51,433 bases of DNA from Anaerolineales bacterium (lineage in GTDB: Bacteria > Chloroflexota > Anaerolineae > UBA1429). Location of the stretch: positions 1-51,433 of the forward strand of contig JBDKSN010000049.1 of NCBI GenBank assembly GCA_039680625.1. The letters run 5' to 3'. The notes beneath the pieces were generated by a model. That model ran no database searches, was not told where the DNA came from, and was given only the letters and a program-made list of their open reading frames with translations. Numbering within the stretch: position 1 is the stretch's first letter; every line of letters starts with the position of its first letter. Both the position numbers and the translations under genes were made by a program. Positions 45,258 through 51,433 of the stretch are shown here, piece after piece.

Positions 45258-45319
45258 CAGTCCGGTAGAAAGCCGGCGCTAGGTGATTGAGCCAGTCCAG
45301 ATGCTATAGGAGTGAGGAG

Positions 45320-46387
45320 ATGGATAAGAAGCGCATATTGACGGGCGACAGGCCAACGGGCAAGCTACACTTGGGGCACTATGTGGGGAGCCTGGCCAAC
45401 CGCGTGCGTCTGCAAGATGAGTACGAGTGCTTTTTCATCATCGCCGATCTGCATACGTTGACCACACGCCCGGAGAAAGAGCACATCCTGGCATTGCGCC
45501 AGAACGTCAATGACGTAGTGCTCGACTATCTCGCCGCGGGCATCGATCCGGCCAAGAGCGTGATCTATCTACAGTCTGCCGTGCCGGCCGTGTATGAGAT
45601 GAACCTCATCTTTGAGATGCTCGTCACCGTACCGCGCCTCGAACGGCTGCCCAGCATCAAAGACATGGCGCGGGCGGCCAACTTGAGTGAAGACTCGTTG
45701 CCGTTTGGCTTGGTGGGGTATCCGGTGCTACAGGCGGCAGACATCCTCATGCCGCGTGCCCACCTGGTGCCTGTGGGCAAGGACAATGAGTCGCATGTGG
45801 AGATCACCCGCGAGATTGCCCGACGGTTCAATCGCCTGTATGGTGACGAGGTGTTCCCCGAGCCAGAGGCGATGATCGGCGACGTGCCCACGTTGGTTGG
45901 GACGGATGGCCAGGCCAAGATGAGCAAGTCGCTGGGAAATGCGATCTTCTTGTCCGATGATGCCCGTACGGTTGAACGCAAGGTGTATAGCATGTACACC
46001 GACCCCAATCGGATCAGCGCCGACGTCCCGGGCCGCGTCGAGGGCAACCCGGTGTTCATCTACCATGACGTGTTCAACCCCAATCGTGCTCAAGTCGAGG
46101 ATCTCAAGGCGCGCTACCGCGAGGGCCAGGTGGGCGACGTGGAGGTCAAAGAGAAGCTGGCCATCGCCATCAATGCCTTTCTCGACCCCATGCGTGAGCG
46201 TCGTGCGAAATACGAGGCACAGAGCGGCCTGGTCGAGCGAGTGATCTATGAGGGCACGCTGCGCGCGCAACGAGAGGGTGAAGCGACGGTCTTGGCGATG
46301 AGGCGAGCGATGGGCCTCTCTGGCCTGTGGAACCGCATCTCGCGCAAGGCACGCGAGGCCATCGATCGCGACACGCCCAAGGCTTAG
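45320..46387 (+). CDS. trpS: tryptophan--tRNA ligase
   Basis: [16 protein letters not shown] (HIGH region), KMSKS, and [20 protein letters not shown] is present. Confidence 0.95.
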   Translation: MDKKRILTGDRPTGKLHLGHYVGSLANRVRLQDEYECFFIIADLHTLTTRPEKEHILALRQNVNDVVLDYLAAGIDPAKSVIYLQSAVPAVYEMNLIFEMLVTVPRLERLPSIKDMARAANLSEDSLPFGLVGYPVLQAADILMPRAHLVPVGKDNESHVEITREIARRFNRLYGDEVFPEPEAMIGDVPTLVGTDGQAKMSKSLGNAIFLSDDARTVERKVYSMYTDPNRISADVPGRVEGNPVFIYHDVFNPNRAQVEDLKARYREGQVGDVEVKEKLAIAINAFLDPMRERRAKYEAQSGLVERVIYEGTLRAQREGEATVLAMRRAMGLSGLWNRISRKAREAIDRDTPKA

Positions 46388-46412
46388 CCGGCGTGAACGA
46401 TGGCATCATCAG

Positions 46413-46443
46413 GGGCGCTCTATACGAGAGCGCCCTTTGGTTT
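46413..46443 (+). terminator. intrinsic terminator after trpS
   Basis: GGGCGCTCT-atacg-AGAGCGCCC (9 bp), followed by TTTGGTTT. Confidence 0.6.
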
Positions 46444-46471
46444 ACACCAAGCGGCGTGTTATAGTGGCTGT

Positions 46472-47665
46472 ATGCTAATTCACAGCAAGACATCCGCGTT
46501 CTTCCGCCTACTGGCGTTGGTGAGCATGCTCCTGACGACCCTTCTAGCCGCACCTGTGGTGGCCGCCGATACCGGTGAGAACTTACTCAGCAACCCAGGC
46601 TTTGAGGGCGAGTTTCGCAAGACCGACACCCTGGGGACCAGTGGCTCATCGAAGGTGGCCAACGATTGGTATCCCTGGTCGCTGCTGGGCGATGAGAGCT
46701 ACAACCGCGAACCAGAATACAAGGTGTTGCGCAAGAGCGAGATCCCCGATGGCTTTTACCGCATCTATGCGGGTGAGCAGTGCCAGCAGTTCTATACTTC
46801 GTATGCCACCCACACCTCGGGCTTTTACCAGCGTGTGTCGGCCACCCCCGGCCAAACGCTTACGTTCTCGATCTGGGTGCAGATCTATACCGGCCAAAGA
46901 GAGTTTTCGGTAGACAATCATCCGCTCTCGGATCTCCACCAACCGCAGACCGAGGCCACTCGGGCCGCCGGCTGGGGTGCAGGGGACTATTATGCCTATG
47001 CGGGGATCGACCCCTATGGTGGGGTGCCCGCCAGTTTTGGCTCGGCGCCGCCCGACACGGTGGTCTGGTCGCAGCCCGTGCTCGACCGGGATACCCGCGG
47101 CACCGATAGCGCTGGCCACGAGATCGACCGTTGGGTCCAGCTCACCGTATCGACCGTCGCTCAGGCGGACCACGTCACGGTCTATACGAAGGGGGCGCCG
47201 GTCTATCGCACCAAGCACAACGACTCCTTTTGGGACGAGGCGTCACTAGTGGCCACCATGGCGGCGGAGGCCACCTCATCACCGACGGTTTCGGTGGCCA
47301 CGGCCGTACCCACAGCGACGGCCACGTCGACGCCGACCACCTCGCCGACACCGAGCATCACCCCGCAGCCGAGCCGCACGCCCTGGCCGACCGACACGCC
47401 GGTGCCCCTGCCTACGGCCACCGCTACCGAGACGCCTCTGCCGACGATCACCCCGACGCCGTCTCGAGCGCCCACCATCGCGTTGGGCGCCGCTTTGTCG
47501 CAGACACCGGGCGAGGAGGTCGCCATGGTGGTGCCCTCAGCCACGCCACAGCTCGTTTCGGCCAGCGCGGCGCGCGGCCGTATGACGGTGTGGTATGTGG
47601 CCCTGGCCGCTTGCGCGGTACTGCTGGCTTGTTGGGTGATCTCGACTCGACGCCACACCGACTGA
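46472..47665 (+). CDS. surface-anchored protein: signal peptide, CBM-like domain, Pro/Thr-rich linker, C-terminal TM helix
   Basis: Signal peptide MLIHSKTSAFFRLLALVSMLLTTLLAAPVVAAD. NLLSNPGFEGEF resembles the start of a CBM4/9-like domain. A ~90-aa PT-rich tract follows. The C-terminus reads VWYVALAACAVLLACWVISTRRHTD. Confidence 0.6.
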   Translation: MLIHSKTSAFFRLLALVSMLLTTLLAAPVVAADTGENLLSNPGFEGEFRKTDTLGTSGSSKVANDWYPWSLLGDESYNREPEYKVLRKSEIPDGFYRIYAGEQCQQFYTSYATHTSGFYQRVSATPGQTLTFSIWVQIYTGQREFSVDNHPLSDLHQPQTEATRAAGWGAGDYYAYAGIDPYGGVPASFGSAPPDTVVWSQPVLDRDTRGTDSAGHEIDRWVQLTVSTVAQADHVTVYTKGAPVYRTKHNDSFWDEASLVATMAAEATSSPTVSVATAVPTATATSTPTTSPTPSITPQPSRTPWPTDTPVPLPTATATETPLPTITPTPSRAPTIALGAALSQTPGEEVAMVVPSATPQLVSASAARGRMTVWYVALAACAVLLACWVISTRRHTD

Positions 47666-47910
47666 GCCGCAGTGGCAGTTGCACTGAATAGCGCTGTTGC
47701 GGGATAGGCCGGCTAGACATGAGCCGACGGGGCGAGCTGAGGTTCTTCCTGTACCTGACCGACCCGAGTCGGTCAACGGACGATGGCGGATGCCCTCCTA
47801 GAGGTAATGGCAGCATGATGGCCACGTTATCGGCCACTCAAGACCTCGCCAGGCAGTTCGGCCAGCGCCCTGTCGAGAAATAGCATCGAGCGCCAAAGGA
47901 GAGGCGACGC

Positions 47911-49455
47911 ATGGCATGGGAGGCAACCGAGAGGGCCAGGCAGTATCTGGCTACTGAGCACGGCGTGGTTCATCGAGATTGGGGTGGGCAAGTGCCCATC
48001 GCGTTGGTCTACCCCAACAGCTATGCCGTGGGCATGTCGAGCCTGGCCATCCATACCCTGTATCGCTTCTTCAATGCCCAGCATGGCATCGTTTGCGAGC
48101 GCGCCTTTGCCTGGTTGGATCGCCCGGATGAGGACGCTGGTCCCCCACTGACTCTCGAATCGCAACGGCCTATTGGCGAGGCCGCGGTGATTGCGATCTC
48201 GGTCTCTTTCGAGATGGACTATTTCCACGTGGTCTCGTTGCTGCAGCGCGCAGGCGTGCCCTTACGGGCAACCGATCGCGATGACAGCGCCCCCCTAGTG
48301 CTGCTCGGCGGCCCGGCAGTGTCGGCCAATCCCGCGCCGCTCGCGCCGTTGGCCGATGCCATGTTGATTGGCGAGGCCGAACCCGCACTCTCGTCTCTGG
48401 CAGAAGCGCTGAGGCAAGAGGCCCCGGCTGGCCGCAGCTCGTTGCTGACAGCGTTGGCCACGTTGCCCGGACTCTATGTACCTCGACATCAGGTCGGTCG
48501 GGCCGTTCAGCGCCTCTATCTGGAGGATCTCGATGCCTGGCCTACCGCATCGACGGTCATCGCCCCGCGCGCCAGTTTCGGCGACATGCACCTGATCGAG
48601 ATCGCCCGTGGCTGCCAACGAGGCTGTCGGTTCTGCCTGGCGGGGCAGCTCTATCGGCCGATGCGCCAGCGTTCCATGGCGCACATCCTACAACAAGCCC
48701 GCCAGGGCCTGACCTATCATCATAAGGTGGGCCTGGTCGCGGCGGCTGTGTCGGACTATGCCTACATCGATGAACTGGTCACCGAGCTGCGCGCCCTCGG
48801 CATCGCCATCTCGGTCTCGTCGCTGCGCGTGAGGCCTCTGTCGCCCGTGCTGCTCCAGGCCCTGCAAGATAGCGGCGCGCAGTCGATCACGTTGGCGCCC
48901 GAGGCCGGATCGGATGAACTGCGGCTCGCCATGGCGAAAGGTGTGACGCACGATGATGTGCTGCGCGCAGCGGAGCTTGCGGCCGGTCGATTTGCGGCGC
49001 TCAAGTTATATTACATGGTGGGCCTGCCCGGGGAGACTGACGCCGATGTCGATGAGATCGTGACGCTCTCGGCGGAGGTCCAGCGGGCTTTTGGCCGGCA
49101 GGTGGTGGTGAACGTCACGCCTTTTGTGCCCAAGGCGCATACGCCTCTGGCCCGAGTGGCAGTGGCCGACGAGCGTGTGATCGCCGAGCGCTTGCGTCGC
49201 CTACAGAGCCGTTGCCGATCGGCGCGCCTCCAGTTCCGCGCCGAGAGCGCTTGGCAGGCGCGGGTACAGACGGTGCTCTCGCGCGGAGACGAGGCAGTGG
49301 GCGAGGCCTTGCTCGCCTTGCCCGACTCGAACCCGCGTCACTGGCTGCGCGATGCACGGGCAATAGGTCTCGATGTCGATCGCTACCTCGCCGCGTTGCC
49401 CGCCGATGAGTCGGCGCCTTGGGACATGGTTATCATCGACGGCGAGCGGGGCTAG
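47911..49455 (+). CDS. B12-binding-domain radical SAM protein (TIGR03960-like)
   Basis: ALVYPNSYAVGMSSLAIHTLYRFFN and the CxxxCxxC cluster IEIARGCQRGCRFCLAG. Confidence 0.75.
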   Translation: MAWEATERARQYLATEHGVVHRDWGGQVPIALVYPNSYAVGMSSLAIHTLYRFFNAQHGIVCERAFAWLDRPDEDAGPPLTLESQRPIGEAAVIAISVSFEMDYFHVVSLLQRAGVPLRATDRDDSAPLVLLGGPAVSANPAPLAPLADAMLIGEAEPALSSLAEALRQEAPAGRSSLLTALATLPGLYVPRHQVGRAVQRLYLEDLDAWPTASTVIAPRASFGDMHLIEIARGCQRGCRFCLAGQLYRPMRQRSMAHILQQARQGLTYHHKVGLVAAAVSDYAYIDELVTELRALGIAISVSSLRVRPLSPVLLQALQDSGAQSITLAPEAGSDELRLAMAKGVTHDDVLRAAELAAGRFAALKLYYMVGLPGETDADVDEIVTLSAEVQRAFGRQVVVNVTPFVPKAHTPLARVAVADERVIAERLRRLQSRCRSARLQFRAESAWQARVQTVLSRGDEAVGEALLALPDSNPRHWLRDARAIGLDVDRYLAALPADESAPWDMVIIDGERG

Positions 49456-49459
49456 GGTG

Positions 49460-50233
49460 ATGATCTGGCACGAGGGACCACCGCCCTATCTGACCTTTGG
49501 CTCATTCGGCGTCGGCCAACGCCATGCGGTGTTCACCCGGCTGGGCGGTGTCAGTGAGGGGCCGTTTGCCTCGCTCAACCAGAGTCTTCTGGTGGGCGAT
49601 GATCCTGAGCGCGTATGGGCAAATCAGCGCCGGGCCCAAGCTGTGCTACACTGTAGCCCAGAGCAGGTGGTCAACGGCCAGCAAGTGCATGGTTGCCACG
49701 TGGCCGTGGTGACGGCTGCCGATGGCGGCACTACTGTGGCCGCTACCGATGGCCTGGTGACGGCCGATCGGTCGGTTGTGCTGACCATGCGCTATGCTGA
49801 CTGTGTGCCCGTGTTGCTCTATAGCGCGGCTCGGCGCGTGATTGGCCTCGCCCATGCGGGATGGCGAGGCACGGTACAGGGCGTGGCTGCGGAGACGGCG
49901 TTGGTGATGATGCGTCATTTCGGCTGCGCGGCCCAAGACCTGGTCGCCGGCATCGGCCCTTCGATCGGACCGTGCTGCTATCAGGTCGGGCCAGAAGTGG
50001 TGCAGGCGTTCGAGCGCGCCTTCCCCGGTGCACAGCTTCTGAGCGAGTGCCAGGCCGATGGGCGCGCGCAAGTCGACCTGCAAGGGGCGAATGCGCTGCA
50101 ACTGTCCGCGCTGGGCATCAACCAGATCGAGATCAGCGCATACTGCACAAGCTGTCGGCGCGATTTGTTCTTCTCGCATCGGGGGGATCGCGGACACACC
50201 GGCCGGTTTGGCGCGTGGATCGGCTTGGAGTAA
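49460..50233 (+). CDS. pgeF: peptidoglycan editing factor PgeF (YfiH/DUF152 family)
   Basis: ADCVPVLLY, HAGWRGTV, and CTSC....FFSHRGD. The start may be the GTG at 49457 or the ATG at 49460. Confidence 0.85.
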   Translation: MIWHEGPPPYLTFGSFGVGQRHAVFTRLGGVSEGPFASLNQSLLVGDDPERVWANQRRAQAVLHCSPEQVVNGQQVHGCHVAVVTAADGGTTVAATDGLVTADRSVVLTMRYADCVPVLLYSAARRVIGLAHAGWRGTVQGVAAETALVMMRHFGCAAQDLVAGIGPSIGPCCYQVGPEVVQAFERAFPGAQLLSECQADGRAQVDLQGANALQLSALGINQIEISAYCTSCRRDLFFSHRGDRGHTGRFGAWIGLE

Positions 50234-50236
50234 GGG

Positions 50237-50986
50237 ATGGCATCGTACTCGCAGATTCGTGCACATGTGGCCGAGGTCCAAGAGCGCCTCGCAGCCGCCT
50301 GTGCGCGCTCTGGGCGCCCTCGTGAGGCCGTCACCCTGGTGGCCGTCACCAAGATGCGCTCGCTCGATGAGGTGCGCGCGGCGTATGCGTGCGGCCTGCG
50401 TGACTTGGGCGAGAACCGGAGCGAGGACCTGCTGGCACGCAGGCGAGCGCTGGACGACGAATGGGCTGTTGACCCGCCCCGCTGGCACATGATCGGGCAC
50501 ATCCAGAGCCGCAAGGCCGCCGACGTGGTCGCCGGAGCAGATGTCGTTCACTCCCTCGATTCGTTCCGGCTCGCCGAACGCCTGGATCGGTTGGCTGGCC
50601 AGGCTGGGCGTGTGTTGCCGGTGCTTGTCGAGCTGAATGTCTCGGGTGAGGTGACCAAGAACGGCCTACTCGCTTGGACGGATGAGCTGCTGGCAGAGAC
50701 GCTGGCAGTCATGGGCCGACTGGCCACGCTGCGGTATCTATCGGTGCTCGGTCTGATGACCATGGCGCCCAACGTGACCGACCCCGAGTTGGCGCGGTCA
50801 GTGTTTGTTCGCCTGCGGATGGTGCAGGCCCTGGCGCGCGAGCGGCTGCCGTTTGCATCCTGGGGCGAACTCTCGATGGGCATGACCAACGACTATGAAG
50901 TCGCCGTCGAAGAAGGCGCGACCATGGTACGTATTGGGCGTGCGATTTTCGGCGAATATGGTGAGGAAAGGACAGAGCAAATATGA
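50237..50986 (+). CDS. yggS: YggS family pyridoxal-phosphate homeostasis protein
   Basis: LVAVTKMRS, LGENRSEDL, HMIGHIQSRK, and ELSMGMTNDYEVAVEEGATMVRIG. Confidence 0.9.
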   Translation: MASYSQIRAHVAEVQERLAAACARSGRPREAVTLVAVTKMRSLDEVRAAYACGLRDLGENRSEDLLARRRALDDEWAVDPPRWHMIGHIQSRKAADVVAGADVVHSLDSFRLAERLDRLAGQAGRVLPVLVELNVSGEVTKNGLLAWTDELLAETLAVMGRLATLRYLSVLGLMTMAPNVTDPELARSVFVRLRMVQALARERLPFASWGELSMGMTNDYEVAVEEGATMVRIGRAIFGEYGEERTEQI

Positions 50987-51433
50987 CGAGGCTAGAGCAA
51001 GCACGCCTGGCGCTCATTGGCGGCGGCGTCATGGGCACCGCGGTCGTGTCGGGCCTATTGCGGCAGGGGCTGGTCACTCCCGAACAGGTGATCATCAGCG
51101 AACCGCTCGCCGCGCGGCGGGAGGCACTGGCGGCAGACCTGGGCGTACGCACCACCACGAGCAATGTTGAGGCGGCTCGGCAGGCCGATGTGGTGTTGTT
51201 CGCCGTCAAGCCGCAAGTGTTGCCGGGCGTGCTCGCTGGCATGCAAGGAGCGGTGCAGCCGGGGGCTCTGGTGCTCACGATCGTGGCTGGGGCGACGATT
51301 CAGACGTTCGGCGAGGCCCTGGGCGTGTCAGCGATCGTGCGGGTGATGCCCAATACGCCTGCGCAGGTGGGCGAGGGAGCGGCGGTGTGGACGGCCACCG
51401 AGGCCGTCACTGAAGAACAACGCACGATGACCC
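50983..51433 (+). CDS. proC: pyrroline-5-carboxylate reductase (N-terminal part; runs off the window)
   Basis: The ATG overlaps the yggS stop (ATGA). Translation gives LALIGGGVMGTAVVSGL...DVVLFAVKPQVL...VRVMPNTPAQVGEG. Confidence 0.85.
   Translation, partial: MTRLEQARLALIGGGVMGTAVVSGLLRQGLVTPEQVIISEPLAARREALAADLGVRTTTSNVEAARQADVVLFAVKPQVLPGVLAGMQGAVQPGALVLTIVAGATIQTFGEALGVSAIVRVMPNTPAQVGEGAAVWTATEAVTEEQRTMT

Noticed and set aside
45258-45319. A possible T-box leader upstream of trpS.
   Set aside because: Only 62 nt separate the methyltransferase stop from the trpS start. That is far too short for a T-box, and no specifier or T-box sequence is seen.
47260-47480. Repetitive-looking ACC/CCG/GCC-rich DNA that could be mistaken for a tandem repeat or CRISPR-like array.
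   Set aside because: It is in frame and encodes the Pro/Thr-rich linker of the surface protein. It has no regular repeat-spacer periodicity.
1-51433. A window-wide look for mobile elements, prophage genes, toxin-antitoxin pairs, restriction-modification systems, Cas genes, reverse transcriptases or other defence hallmarks.
   Set aside because: No ORF shows DDE/serine/tyrosine recombinase, RT, Cas, nuclease-helicase or small TA-pair signatures. The only AAA+/protease neighbours (comM and S8) are ordinary housekeeping-type genes with no linkage evidence.

Overview
High-GC bacterial chromosomal segment. GGAGG-type ribosome-binding sites, Tat-lipoprotein solute-binding proteins, a giant GT39 glycosyltransferase and a Pro/Thr-rich surface protein hint at a Chloroflexota-like Terrabacterium, but this is a low-confidence guess made by eye. 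I call 41 protein-coding genes; several starts were moved from the ORF-track coordinates using RBS, promoter or paralog evidence. I found no rRNA, tRNA, CRISPR array, transposase, integrase, reverse transcriptase or recognisable defence genes. Housekeeping content: nitroreductase, HI0933-type flavoprotein, comM, an S8 protease, an EF-G2-type paralog, uvrC, mutS2, an rluE-like gene, trpS, a B12/radical-SAM protein, and pgeF-yggS-proC. Accessory content: (i) a DUF4091 glycosidase-like gene, a 942-aa GT39 glycosyltransferase and an orphan UroD-like gene; (ii) a hybrid histidine kinase converging on, and overlapping by 77 nt, an HTH/pseudo-HATPase/REC protein; (iii) a 15.3-kb single-strand island at 11579-26908; (iv) a YabN/MazG gene co-transcribed with a dedicated ECF transporter. 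The island holds two tandem RraA paralogs, a CUT1-type ABC importer without an ATPase, cytoplasmic GH140-like and GH2 glycosidases, a pentapeptide-repeat lipoprotein, a third RraA-type aldolase, four dehydrogenases and a DUF296 protein. The best candidate for something undescribed is this island. Within it, a four-gene cassette (22661-25997) has strikingly G-ending codon usage, unlike everything around it. Every functional proposal here is inference from motifs read by eye. No database search was run, and I see no canonical novel defence or mobile system.
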